From assembly GCA_034421135.1 (NCBI GenBank), contig DAOUKQ010000110.1, positions 1,104 through 65,103 of the forward strand: a DNA stretch of 64,000 nucleotides, given 5' to 3'. This DNA comes from Dehalococcoidia bacterium (GTDB taxonomy: Bacteria > Chloroflexota > Dehalococcoidia > Bin125). Numbering within the stretch: the first letter of the stretch is position 1; the number at the start of each line of letters is the position of its first letter. The position numbers were made by a program, and so were the translations under genes. Shown piece after piece: positions 1 through 8,991 of the stretch. Under the pieces are notes generated by a model. That model searched no databases. It was given only the letters and a program-made list of their open reading frames with translations, and was not told the DNA's origin.

Positions 1-132
1 CAAACTCCGACCGGTTTATGAGATCTTGATTTGATTGCGCGTTTGGTTGTTGGGGTGCGGTCGCTTGTGAATGGGTTTGCGAAGCTCCGGCGACGGACGA
101 TCGCGGACTGCGACCTGCGGGTGACGCGATGG

Positions 133-543
133 TTAGCTCGCGGACAGCCCCAGGACGAGGTCGCGCAGGGTGACCAGGCCGAGCGGTGCGCCGTCTTCGT
201 TGACCACCAGCGCTCGCGACACGTGGAACTGCACCAGTAAGCGCACTGCGTAGCGGGCGAGCATGCCCGAGCGCACCGTCAGCGCCGGCTTCGACATGAT
301 CTCGTAGACGTTGACCCGCTCGGGTGCGCGATTGGGCGTCACGACTTGCCGCGCCATGTCGCCGACCGTGACGATCCCCAGCTCGTCGTCGTCGTGCCGC
401 CGGTTGACGACCAGCGAGCTGATCTGTAGTCGTTTCATGAGCGCCATCGCCTCGGCCGCAGTTGCTAGCCCGTCGATCGTGTGCAGTTCGGTTCCCATCA
501 CGTCGGACACACGGAGCGCCGACTGGCCGCTCTGATCGGTCAT
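133..543 (-). CDS. CBS domain-containing protein
   Basis: 136-aa ORF with tandem CBS-like segments (…VSDVMGTELHTI… / …VYEIMSKPALTV…). Its start overlaps the stop of the upstream P-II-like gene by 4 nt. Confidence 0.8.
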   Translation of the reverse strand: MTDQSGQSALRVSDVMGTELHTIDGLATAAEAMALMKRLQISSLVVNRRHDDDELGIVTVGDMARQVVTPNRAPERVNVYEIMSKPALTVRSGMLARYAVRLLVQFHVSRALVVNEDGAPLGLVTLRDLVLGLSAS

Positions 544-890
544 AGCGTCTCTTCCAACTCTTCCATCAGGGTGGGCAACTGGGTCGAGAGGCCGACCGCG
601 TCCTCGATGTTGATCTGGAAGGCGACGCCGTCGCCGTGCTCGCGATCCATGCCGCCGGCCTCGGCGATGCGTTCAAGGATGTCCCGCGCGCGTTGCTCGG
701 CGACCAGGAAGAGCACCATGTCCCGCCGCGAGGACAGGTCCAGGCCCAGGAAGGTCTTTTCGGGTCTCAGGCCTTCGCCGCGCACGCCGCTGATGATCGT
801 GTCGCCCGTCGCGCCGCCCTCGCGGGCCGCATTGATGACCTTGGTGGTCTTGTCGTCGCTCACCAGCGCGACGACCAGCGCCATTTTCAT
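540..890 (-). CDS. P-II (GlnB-like) family small regulatory protein
   Basis: 116 aa. N-terminus [13 protein letters not shown]…REGGATGDTI…GVRGEG fits the P-II fold pattern. The protein is distal in a four-gene operon and overlaps the upstream DUF1538 gene by 4 nt. Confidence 0.75.
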   Translation of the reverse strand: MKMALVVALVSDDKTTKVINAAREGGATGDTIISGVRGEGLRPEKTFLGLDLSSRRDMVLFLVAEQRARDILERIAEAGGMDREHGDGVAFQINIEDAVGLSTQLPTLMEELEETL

Positions 891-1672
891 TGCTCCACCT
901 CCTGCTGCTCCTTCCGCCTGCGCCAGCGTTCCACCCAGTCCGCGCTGATTGCATAGCCTAATACTGAGATGATCGGGAAGACACTGGCGAAGGCGATCAG
1001 TCCAAAGCCGTCAATCAGCGGGCTGCGCCCCGGAACGTTGGCGGCCAGGCCCAGCCCCAATGCCGCGACCACGGGAACGGTCACGGTCGAGGTTGTGACG
1101 CCGCCGCTGTCGTAGGCCAGTGGGACGATCGTCTTGCTGGCCAGGTAGGTCTGCACAATCACGATGATGTACGCCGCCACGATGTACCAGGGCAGCGAGG
1201 TACCCGTGACGATCCGGAAGCACCCCAGCGACACGCCGACGGCCACCCCAATCGCCACGGCGATCCGCAAGCCCCATGCTCTCACCGCGCCGCCGGACAC
1301 CTCCTCGGCCTTGAGGCCCACCGCGATCAGCGACGGTTCGGCGATGGTCGTGGCGAAGCCGATCGCCGCGGCGAAGAGATAGACCAGCCAGTAGTCTTCC
1401 CACTGCACCGCGCCCGCGACCGATTGCACCTCTTCGGTGAGTTGCTCCGCCATCGTCTCGCCGATTGGGAACAGGGCCTGTTCCAGTCCGATCAGGAACA
1501 GCGCCAGGCCCAGCAGCACCATCGCCGAGCCGGTCACGATGCCGCCGACGTTGAGCGGCTTGCGGCGCAGCACCGCGACCTGGAAGACCAGCAGGATGAC
1601 GATGATCGGGGTCACGTCGCGCAGCGTGGTGAGCAGGGTTTCGCCGAAGAGCGCCAGGGAATCGAGGATCAT
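887..1672 (-). CDS. DUF1538-family integral membrane protein
   Basis: Hydrophobic multi-TM protein. I trimmed the ORF-track start to the internal Met ([14 protein letters not shown]…), whose ATG overlaps the stop of the upstream paralogue (ATGA at 1669-1672). The paralogue shares …[10 protein letters not shown](V/I)TVP… with it. Confidence 0.75.
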   Translation of the reverse strand: MILDSLALFGETLLTTLRDVTPIIVILLVFQVAVLRRKPLNVGGIVTGSAMVLLGLALFLIGLEQALFPIGETMAEQLTEEVQSVAGAVQWEDYWLVYLFAAAIGFATTIAEPSLIAVGLKAEEVSGGAVRAWGLRIAVAIGVAVGVSLGCFRIVTGTSLPWYIVAAYIIVIVQTYLASKTIVPLAYDSGGVTTSTVTVPVVAALGLGLAANVPGRSPLIDGFGLIAFASVFPIISVLGYAISADWVERWRRRKEQQEVEQ

Positions 1673-2403
1673 GTCACCATCCCATATCCCAGCACGCAGA
1701 TCATCGGCGTGAGACTCGCGAAGGCGATCAATCCGAAGCCGTCCAACATCGGGTTGCGTCCGCGGATTGCGGAAGCCAGGCCAACGCCCAGCGCCGTGAT
1801 CAGCGGCACGGTGATCGTGCTGGTCGTGACGCCGCCCGAGTCGTAGGCGACGCCCACGATCTCGTCGGGAGCGAAGACGGTCATCACCATGACCAGGATG
1901 TAGCCGCCGATGATGAAGCGATGGATCGGCCAACCTTTGAGAATGCGCAGCACGCCCAGGACGATGGCCAGCCCGACCGCGACGGCGACCACCATGCGCA
2001 GCTCGAACGCATAGCGGTCCTGGGCGGCCTGGCTGTAGCCGATGAAGCGCGCTTCGGCGGCGACGTCGGCTGCCTCGGACGCGATCGCGATCAGCGCCGG
2101 CTCAGCGACCGTCGTGCCGAAGCCGAGACTGAAGGCCAGCGCCAGCAGCCAGAAGGTGCTGCCCTTCTGCGCCATCCCCTGGGCCAATGCTTCGCCCAGC
2201 GGGAACAGCCCGCTTTCCAGGCCCTGAATGAAGAGCGCCAACCCCAGGACGACGCAAACCAATCCCACCGTGACACTGACCACGTCGGGGAATGGCTGTC
2301 GGATGACAACGAGTTGGAAAAAGATAATGACCGCGAAGATGGGCAGCAGGTCGCGTATCGCGCCCACGACCCGCTGTGACATGGTCAGGGCGAAACGCAG
2401 CAA
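1669..2403 (-). CDS. DUF1538-family integral membrane protein (paralogue)
   Basis: 244-aa multi-TM protein, paralogous to 887..1672. It is the first gene of the DUF1538-DUF1538-PII-CBS operon. Confidence 0.75.
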   Translation of the reverse strand: MLRFALTMSQRVVGAIRDLLPIFAVIIFFQLVVIRQPFPDVVSVTVGLVCVVLGLALFIQGLESGLFPLGEALAQGMAQKGSTFWLLALAFSLGFGTTVAEPALIAIASEAADVAAEARFIGYSQAAQDRYAFELRMVVAVAVGLAIVLGVLRILKGWPIHRFIIGGYILVMVMTVFAPDEIVGVAYDSGGVTTSTITVPLITALGVGLASAIRGRNPMLDGFGLIAFASLTPMICVLGYGMVT

Positions 2404-2548
2404 GTCGTCATCCTCGCACGTGGCTGCACGTGGTCGACGCGCCTGCGCAGCGCGTTATCACGATATGGAGCGCCGCGAGAGGCGTCAAGAACGCCCGCAT
2501 CAATGCCGCCGGCGTCGCGAGCGCGGATGAATCCTCGTCGACGCGGAC

Positions 2549-2925
2549 CAAGCGGGTCCCCGAACAAGTCGGGGACTGGATTGACTCCCTTTCCCCGAGG
2601 AGACTTGCGCGTAATCCCTCTCCGATCCCCTCTCCCCGCGGGAGAGGGTTAGGGTGAGGGCCTCCGGTGGCCCGGATGAGTGACGATGACCAGATAGGCA
2701 GTGCCCGCCGGACCCTCACCCCAGCCCTCTCCCGGAGGGAGAGGGAGTAAGACCCCAGAGGTTTACGCGCAGGTGTCCCCTGGGAGATGGCGGGGGTGAG
2801 GGTCCGGCGCTCGCTTGCCATGCCGCGGAAGGCCCTCACGCTCACCCCCCGTGCCAGGCACGAGGCAGGCTTCTTCCTCAGGGAGGGGGGACCGGAGCCG
2901 AGCAGGTCCCCGAATGAGTCGAGGT
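2549..2925. repeat. Composite MITE-like nested-palindrome repeat (copy A)
   Basis: Contains gtccccgaacaagtcggggac, then ggagacttgcgcgtaa…tttacgcgcaggtgtcc enclosing the long hairpin gggagagggttagggtgagggcc…ggaccctcaccccagccctctccc. Further degenerate gggtgagggtccggcg modules follow. Homologous to copies at 15197, 19446, 22211, 53303, 60866 and 62378. Confidence 0.6.
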
Positions 2926-2949
2926 CTGAGTCGGCGGAGTCGTCCCAAG

Positions 2950-3954
2950 TCATCTGTGTTCGGGGACGGACGCCGCCTCAAGGTCGATGTCGTGTTCCGT
3001 CGTTCCGGATTCGTCGACTGCCGAGCAATCGAACACGGCCGCCCACATCGTCGTGCCGCGTGGTGGGTGGATGTCCCGCACGATGAACAGGTACTCAGAA
3101 GCCGGCTGGCCTGTCCAATAGCTTGTCTGTCGCTGATTGCGCCACAGCCATACTGCGTCAACCGAACTGGAATGCGCCTGGTCGGAGTTGATCACCTTCC
3201 AGCGGAATGCCGGGTAACCGTTCGGCGCAACTTCCTCCTCGGGCCACCTGCTCCAATCCGGCTCAGGGTCCGGATTGCCCTCAAACGGGCTGACTGAATC
3301 GAGCCGACAGCTCCGCGCGATGTCTATGAGCGTCTGGTGTTGGTTGGTGTGGGGCATTCCGGCAGGAACAGTGACGTGCTCGCTGAATGTTCGCAACAAG
3401 CTTGCCGGCGTCTCGCGGATTTCGATCTCGACTGCCGACGTCTTCAGCCAACGATTGTGGTTTGCCGGGTCGATGATCGCACTCCGTGATAGGCGCCGCC
3501 GCTCGGGATGGATAGGCTCGCCGTCGTGCACGATGGCAAACCAGATTGAACGATCGGCCTCAATCCACGCCGTCACACTGAGCTCGATCGGAACAGTGCC
3601 AAACCCCGGAGTCGCCCAAAGATCAGCCGAAGCAGCATCGTCTTCATTGGCCGGGTTTGTTGCTCCCGCAGGAGTGAAGGGCGCATGAAACACGACCGGC
3701 GAACTCGTCACCCAACGCTTCCTCTCAGTGTGGGTGAGGATGATCTTCCTACGCTCGGGCAGGATTGGTTCGTCTTCGTCGTCGTACTCAATCCCAACTT
3801 CCACCAGATTCTTGCCCAGCAGTTGCACAGCGACCCTGACGGTCAGAGTCGAATCGCCGGGCTGGTCCTGAGCGCTTGAGAAACCGGAGAGACCAATCGT
3901 CGTCCCAATTGTCATGGCGACGAGGACCAGTGCTGCCAAGAACTTACCGGACAT
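2950..3954 (-). CDS. secreted/lipoprotein-like hypothetical protein
   Basis: The start was trimmed to MSGKFLAALVLVAMTIGTTIGLSGFSSAQ…, a signal-peptide-like N-terminus. The ORF-track N-terminal extension would run into the SDR gene. GC is about 57-60%, lower than the flanks. No recognisable motifs. Confidence 0.55.
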   Translation of the reverse strand: MSGKFLAALVLVAMTIGTTIGLSGFSSAQDQPGDSTLTVRVAVQLLGKNLVEVGIEYDDEDEPILPERRKIILTHTERKRWVTSSPVVFHAPFTPAGATNPANEDDAASADLWATPGFGTVPIELSVTAWIEADRSIWFAIVHDGEPIHPERRRLSRSAIIDPANHNRWLKTSAVEIEIRETPASLLRTFSEHVTVPAGMPHTNQHQTLIDIARSCRLDSVSPFEGNPDPEPDWSRWPEEEVAPNGYPAFRWKVINSDQAHSSSVDAVWLWRNQRQTSYWTGQPASEYLFIVRDIHPPRGTTMWAAVFDCSAVDESGTTEHDIDLEAASVPEHR

Positions 3955-4046
3955 CTGCGACTCCTCTCTCGATCCGCGCAATCCTGTTACCACGCGGAGT
4001 GCTATGCGAGACCAGACTCGGGCAAGGGAGGCGAGGCTGGGGCGGC

Positions 4047-4820
4047 TTACTCGTCGAAGCTCTTGCGAGTCCGGGGGCGCACTGCGCCGTACTTGCGCAG
4101 GTCGGCGATGGTGACGATTCGGCCGGTCCATTCCGGGCCCTGGGCGACCATCCAGAGGCAGGCGTCGGACATGATGATCGGGTCCTCAAAGTCCATCTCC
4201 TTGGCCCGCTCGCCGAGCGTGAAGGCGTAGCCCTCGCTCCAGACCGAAAGTTCCAGGCGCAAGCAGTTGACGGAGATACCGGTGCCCTTGAGATCGCTGG
4301 CCAGCGACTCGGACATGGCTTCCAGCGCGCGCTTGGTGGTCGTGTAGCTGGCGCGGCCGAATTCGGGGCTGACCGACGCGCCGGATCCGATGTTGATGAC
4401 CGCGCCGCCGTCGCCCTCGGCCATCTTGGGCGCGACCGCGTGGGTCAGATAGAAGGGCGCGTTGACGTTGATCTCGACGGCCAGTCCCCACAAGTGACGA
4501 CCGGATTCGAGCGCTTTGCCCGGCGGCGCAATCGCCGCGTTGTTGATCAGCACATCAATGCGGCCGAAGCGGTCGTATGTGTCGGCGATCGCTTTGTCCA
4601 GGTCTTCGACCTTGGCCAGGTTGGCGCCAATCGGCAGGCATTGCTGTCCCGCTTCCTCGACGAGTTGCGCCGTCTCGTTGACGGTGCCGGGCAGCTTGGT
4701 CGGCGTGTCGGCGGTCGAGCGGGCGACGGCGGCGATGTCGTAGCCGGCCTGCGCGAAGTCCACTGCAAGCTGCTTGCCGATACCTCGGCTCGCGCCGGTG
4801 ATGAATGCGACTTTGGCCAT
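4047..4820 (-). CDS. SDR family NAD(P)-dependent oxidoreductase
   Basis: N-terminal TGASRGIG Rossmann motif and 257 aa, typical of short-chain dehydrogenases. Confidence 0.85.
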   Translation of the reverse strand: MAKVAFITGASRGIGKQLAVDFAQAGYDIAAVARSTADTPTKLPGTVNETAQLVEEAGQQCLPIGANLAKVEDLDKAIADTYDRFGRIDVLINNAAIAPPGKALESGRHLWGLAVEINVNAPFYLTHAVAPKMAEGDGGAVINIGSGASVSPEFGRASYTTTKRALEAMSESLASDLKGTGISVNCLRLELSVWSEGYAFTLGERAKEMDFEDPIIMSDACLWMVAQGPEWTGRIVTIADLRKYGAVRPRTRKSFDE

Positions 4821-4898
4821 GGTTGATGTTCCTCAGGTTGTCTGTGCGGTTGGCGTGAGCCTCAGCATATCCGCCAGTTAGACTCTCGCTGGAGGAGT

Positions 4899-6179
4899 GT
4901 GGCAATGCCCCATCATGTCAAGAGCAAGGCGCTCTCGCACTTGCGCATCTGCGATTTCACCGGACAGCTCGCGGGAGCCGGCGCGACCAAGTTCATGGCC
5001 GCGTTCGGGGCCGAAGTGATCCGGATCGAGGACCCGACCAACCACGGCCGCTGGGACATCCTGCGCGGGATGCCGCCCTATGTCGACGATCGGCGCGGTC
5101 CCGAGCTGGGCGGTCCGTTCAACAACCACAACGTGGGCAAGCTCGGCATCACGCTGAACATCAAGACCGAGAAGGGTCGCGAGCTGTTCGAGCGGCTGGT
5201 CGGTATCTCCGACTGCGTGACCGAGAACTTCTCCTCCGGCGTGCTGCGATCCTGGGGCTACGACTACGACAAGCTCAAGGAGCTCAAGGACGACATCATC
5301 TACATCTCCAACTGCGGCTTCGGACACTCCGGCCCGTACGAGAAGTTCAAGACCTGGGGACCGATCGTGCAGGCGACGAGCGGGCTGACGATGTCGTCGG
5401 CGATTCCTGATCAACCGCCCGCCGGCTGGGGCTACTCCTACATGGACCACACCGGCGCATACTTCATGGCCATGGCGATCATGCTCGCCATCCACCATCG
5501 CAACCGCACGGGCGAAGGACAGTACGTGGATGTCGCGGCGACGGAAGCGGCGCTGACGCTGAACGGCCCGGTCTTGCTGGACTACACGGTCAACGGTCGC
5601 CCGCTGCGTCGTGAGGGGTATCCGGACGCGAATCACTCGCTGCATCCGGCGATGGCTCCGCACAACATCTACGCGGCCAAGCCGATTCCCGGATCCTTCG
5701 ACGAAGCCTGGATCGCGATCGCCTGCCGCAACGACGCAGACTGGCACGCGATGCGCGATGTGCTACTCGCCGACGGCTGCGATTGGGCATCGAACGACGC
5801 CTACGGCCAGCTCGCCGGCCGGATGGCGGCGCAGGACGAGCTGGACCGGCAGATCGGCGAGTGGTGCCTTCAACGCGACCCGTATCAATCGACCGAGCTG
5901 TTGCGCGAGGCCGGCGTGCCGGCCAATCCGGTACAGACGCCGGAGCAGCGGATCGACCAGGATGTGAACTCTGCCGAGGCGAAACTCTGGCCAACGATCC
6001 GCCAAACGGAGATGGGCCGAGTCCGCGTCGACGGGATCCCGGCGCGCTTCACCAAGACCGACTGGTCGATGACCCGCGGTGCTCCGGTGCTGGGTGAGGA
6101 CAACGACTACGTCTACGGCGAGCTGCTGGGCTTGGGCGAGTCCGAGATTGCCGGGCTGTACGAAGAGGGCGTGCTCTGA
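4899..6179 (+). CDS. CoA-transferase family III (CaiB/BaiF) protein
   Basis: 426 aa with the CaiB-type N-terminus (…LRICDFTGQLAGAGATKFMAAFGAEVIRIE…). GGAGG-like RBS upstream. Stop overlaps the next start (TGATG). Confidence 0.9.
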   Translation: MAMPHHVKSKALSHLRICDFTGQLAGAGATKFMAAFGAEVIRIEDPTNHGRWDILRGMPPYVDDRRGPELGGPFNNHNVGKLGITLNIKTEKGRELFERLVGISDCVTENFSSGVLRSWGYDYDKLKELKDDIIYISNCGFGHSGPYEKFKTWGPIVQATSGLTMSSAIPDQPPAGWGYSYMDHTGAYFMAMAIMLAIHHRNRTGEGQYVDVAATEAALTLNGPVLLDYTVNGRPLRREGYPDANHSLHPAMAPHNIYAAKPIPGSFDEAWIAIACRNDADWHAMRDVLLADGCDWASNDAYGQLAGRMAAQDELDRQIGEWCLQRDPYQSTELLREAGVPANPVQTPEQRIDQDVNSAEAKLWPTIRQTEMGRVRVDGIPARFTKTDWSMTRGAPVLGEDNDYVYGELLGLGESEIAGLYEEGVL

Positions 6180-7435
6180 TGACGACTAATCCGAACCCAG
6201 GCATCATGGCGCTCGACGATCTGCGCGTGCTCGAGATCGGCGACGAGCGCGGCGCCTGGTGCATGAAGCTGATGGCCGACATGGGCGCCGACGTGATCAA
6301 GATCGAACCGCCCGAAGGCGATCCGTCCAGGCAATATGAGCCGTTCGTCGACGACGAGCCGCACCACGAACGCTCGCTGTTCTTCTGGTACTACAACACG
6401 TCGAAGCGCAGCATCGTGATGGACTTCGACGACCGCTCCAACGCTGACGCGTTCCTCAAGCTGGTCGAGTCGGCTGACGTGATCCTCGATACCAACACCT
6501 ACGATCCGATCGGCCGTCTGGGCCTCGATTACCACCAGATCATGACCGACAATCCTGGCCTGATCTGGTGCACGATCACAAACTTCGGCTTTGGATCGTC
6601 GCGAGACGACGAACCGCATACGGACCTGACGCTGGCTGCCAACGGCGGCTTCGCCTGGATGAACGGCTACGACGATCACTCGCTCCCGCCGGTGCGCGGC
6701 GGCGGTCAGCAGGCGTACCACACGGGATCGAACTACGCCTTCATGTCGATCCTGACCGCCCTGCTGCACCGCGACGCGACCGGCGTGGGACAGCACATCA
6801 ACGTGAACATCAACGCCTCGGTCAACGTGACCACCGAAGCGGGGTCGTACTCGTGGCTGGTCGCGCACTCGACGGTCCAGCGGCAGACCGGGCGACACGC
6901 AGGCGTCGCGCCGTCAATGCCGTCGCAGATCAGGTGCGCCGACGGCCGCTACGTGAACACGGGCATCCCGCCGCGTCGTCCGCGCGAGTTCGGACTCGTC
7001 TACCAATGGTTGGAATCGGAGAATCTGCTGGACGAACTGCCCGAAGCGGCGCTGCTGCAGGTCGGAGCGGAGCTCGAGAGCTTCTCGCTGGCAGACGTCT
7101 TTAGCGGCAACAACGAGGAGTTGCTGGCCATCTTCGGCGCAGGCCGCGAAGCCTTCGACCTGCTCGCCTCGAAGTTGACCGCCTACGAGTTCTTCACCAA
7201 GGCTCAGAACTTCGGCTTCCAGGTCGGCGTCATTCACAGCCCCGAGGAAGCGCTGGAGGATCCGCACTTCGTCGATCGAGGTATGCAGGTCAAGGTGGAG
7301 CACCCCGAGTTGGGCCGCGAGGTGGTCTATCCGGGCGCGCCCTATCAACTGACCAGGGGAAGCTGGGGCATCACTCGTCGCCCGCCGCTGCTGGGCGAGC
7401 ACACCGACGAGGTGTTGGGGGAGTTGGATACCTAA
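6179..7435 (+). CDS. CoA-transferase family III (CaiB/BaiF) protein
   Basis: 418 aa with …LRVLEIGDERGAWCMKLMADMGADVIKIE… It is translationally coupled to the preceding paralogue. Confidence 0.9.
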   Translation: MTTNPNPGIMALDDLRVLEIGDERGAWCMKLMADMGADVIKIEPPEGDPSRQYEPFVDDEPHHERSLFFWYYNTSKRSIVMDFDDRSNADAFLKLVESADVILDTNTYDPIGRLGLDYHQIMTDNPGLIWCTITNFGFGSSRDDEPHTDLTLAANGGFAWMNGYDDHSLPPVRGGGQQAYHTGSNYAFMSILTALLHRDATGVGQHINVNINASVNVTTEAGSYSWLVAHSTVQRQTGRHAGVAPSMPSQIRCADGRYVNTGIPPRRPREFGLVYQWLESENLLDELPEAALLQVGAELESFSLADVFSGNNEELLAIFGAGREAFDLLASKLTAYEFFTKAQNFGFQVGVIHSPEEALEDPHFVDRGMQVKVEHPELGREVVYPGAPYQLTRGSWGITRRPPLLGEHTDEVLGELDT

Positions 7436-7887
7436 GTGAGGCTCCGGCGATCCTGCTCTACTCGGGCAAGCGCGCGACGATTCATCGTGTAGAACTCAAG
7501 GCCGACTCGATCGGCAGTTCGAATCGCGTTGCTGTCATGCGACATAAACGGAAGACACAGGGCCAACGTCTGCGCCAGTATCCACTGGTCGGAACCCAGC
7601 GAAGCCTCGAAACCCAGCGAGGCGGCCGCCGAGTTCACTTCAACGTAGGCAGCGATTGTCTGCTCATCAGGATCGGGCAGATATCTGTACTCAGCAAGCA
7701 AGGCATCAAATCGATCTTGCCGCCGTTGACTCCATCTTGCAGCAGCGAGTTCTCCCCGAACAAAGTACGTGAGCGTCGGCGTGAAGCTCTGCAGTAGGCG
7801 TAGGTAAGGCTCGCTGTACTCATTCTCGCGAACGATGGCACTGACGACATTCGTGTCGACCGAGATCCATGGATTGGAATCAGCCAT
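7432..7887 (-). CDS. vapC: type II toxin, PIN-domain (VapC family)
   Basis: Trimmed to MADSNPWISVDTNVVSA… with PIN acidic residues (DTN, RGE, SDQ, SHDSNA). GC is lower than the flanks. The start overlaps the upstream small ORF. Confidence 0.7.
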   Translation of the reverse strand: MADSNPWISVDTNVVSAIVRENEYSEPYLRLLQSFTPTLTYFVRGELAAARWSQRRQDRFDALLAEYRYLPDPDEQTIAAYVEVNSAAASLGFEASLGSDQWILAQTLALCLPFMSHDSNAIRTADRVGLEFYTMNRRALARVEQDRRSLT

Positions 7888-8068
7888 CTGGATTGTTGGG
7901 CCAGAATCGGTCGAACTTGTCAAGGAAGTTCTGCTTATCTTCCTCGTCCTCAAACAAGTCACGCAGAGCCCGGGCGAACTCGTCACCAGTCATCGGCTTG
8001 ATACCCCGGTCAGCAGCGAGCTTGTCGAGGTCCGGCGGTACGGAAGGCTTGGATTCAGCGGTTGTCAT
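7880..8068 (-). CDS. putative antitoxin (VapB-like partner)
   Basis: 62-aa acidic ORF immediately upstream of the PIN gene, overlapping it by 8 nt. This is the classic toxin-antitoxin arrangement. Confidence 0.55.
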   Translation of the reverse strand: MTTAESKPSVPPDLDKLAADRGIKPMTGDEFARALRDLFEDEEDKQNFLDKFDRFWPNNPDG

Positions 8069-8080
8069 GTGGGGATGTTA

Positions 8081-8962
8081 TCACCGTCTGAGCCAGGAGC
8101 CGACCACCTGCTGCGCCATTGGATGAACGATCAGCCCGTGTCCCGCGTCGGGCAGCGTCTTGAGCGTGGCGTTGGGGATCGACTCCGACAGCGCCCGGCC
8201 AAAGGCGATGGGGACAGTTGTGTCGGTGTCTCCGTGGAGGATCAGGATCGGACACTCGATCCGGCCGATGTCGCCCGACAGATCGACGCTTCGCTGGGCG
8301 TTCATGTTCAGCAGAGCGCCATGAGCGAGTCGTTCGAGTTCTCGTTGAGGCAAGTTCCTGAGCGCCTGGTGGCGATTGTTCCTGAAGCGATCCAGGACCG
8401 GATCCGGGTTCGGAGGTTGTTGCGGCAGTCGCCATTCGCCCTCGGTTGCTGCGACTGCTGTTTCGATGCCCTGGCTGTGGAAGAGGTCGAGCAGGTTGAG
8501 GCGCGCGGCGACGGTCGCCAGCCGATCGGCTACGAATGGGTCTGCCGGATCGACTCCTCGCGGCGACAGTGACATCAGCGCGGCGCCGGTGTTCAGCAGG
8601 ACCAGCGAGTCGACTCGCTCGGGATGGTCGAGGGCCAGCTTGATACCGATGGGGCCGCCGGCAGAGGTGGCGATCACGGCGGCCTGTTCGATGTCGAGGT
8701 AGTCGAGCAGGTCGACGGCGTCGTTGGCGAGGCCTTCGAGGGTGAATGGCCCAGTGTCGTACTGCGAGAGTCCGGAGCAGCGGCGGTCGTACCAGATCAG
8801 CTTGAGACCGTCGGTGGGGACCTGCCAACGCAGGCGAGGGCCGTTCCAGAGCGTTGACGACGGGCCGCCCCAGGCGCCGTGGATGATCAGGACCGGACGG
8901 CCTTGCGGGTCGCCCGAACTCTCGTAGGCGACCCGGCGCCCGTTGATCAGCGCGAGCCTCAC
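8081..8962 (-). CDS. alpha/beta hydrolase fold protein
   Basis: 293 aa with HGAWGG…ATSAGG (G-x-S-x-G-like nucleophile elbow) and C-terminal …HGDTD…GHG. Confidence 0.85.
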   Translation of the reverse strand: MRLALINGRRVAYESSGDPQGRPVLIIHGAWGGPSSTLWNGPRLRWQVPTDGLKLIWYDRRCSGLSQYDTGPFTLEGLANDAVDLLDYLDIEQAAVIATSAGGPIGIKLALDHPERVDSLVLLNTGAALMSLSPRGVDPADPFVADRLATVAARLNLLDLFHSQGIETAVAATEGEWRLPQQPPNPDPVLDRFRNNRHQALRNLPQRELERLAHGALLNMNAQRSVDLSGDIGRIECPILILHGDTDTTVPIAFGRALSESIPNATLKTLPDAGHGLIVHPMAQQVVGSWLRR

Positions 8963-8991
8963 GCGAGTCGTGCTTGATCAGTCGTACTTGA

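Noticed and set aside
31-240. 69-aa plus-strand ORF at the window start
   Set aside because: It is antisense to the CBS-domain gene, Arg-rich, and has no RBS. Likely spurious.
887-1933. ORF-track 348-aa version of the second DUF1538 gene, with an Arg/His-rich N-terminal extension
   Set aside because: The extension ([29 protein letters not shown]…) has non-protein-like composition and overlaps the upstream paralogue by about 260 nt. The internal Met at 1672 gives a clean ATGA-coupled junction, so that start was used.
2408-3161. Several 100-180-aa ORFs lying over MITE copy A
   Set aside because: They lie entirely within palindromic repeat sequence and are Arg/Pro/Gly-rich. Equivalent pseudo-peptides recur at every repeat copy on both strands. 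They are artefacts of GC-rich palindromes.
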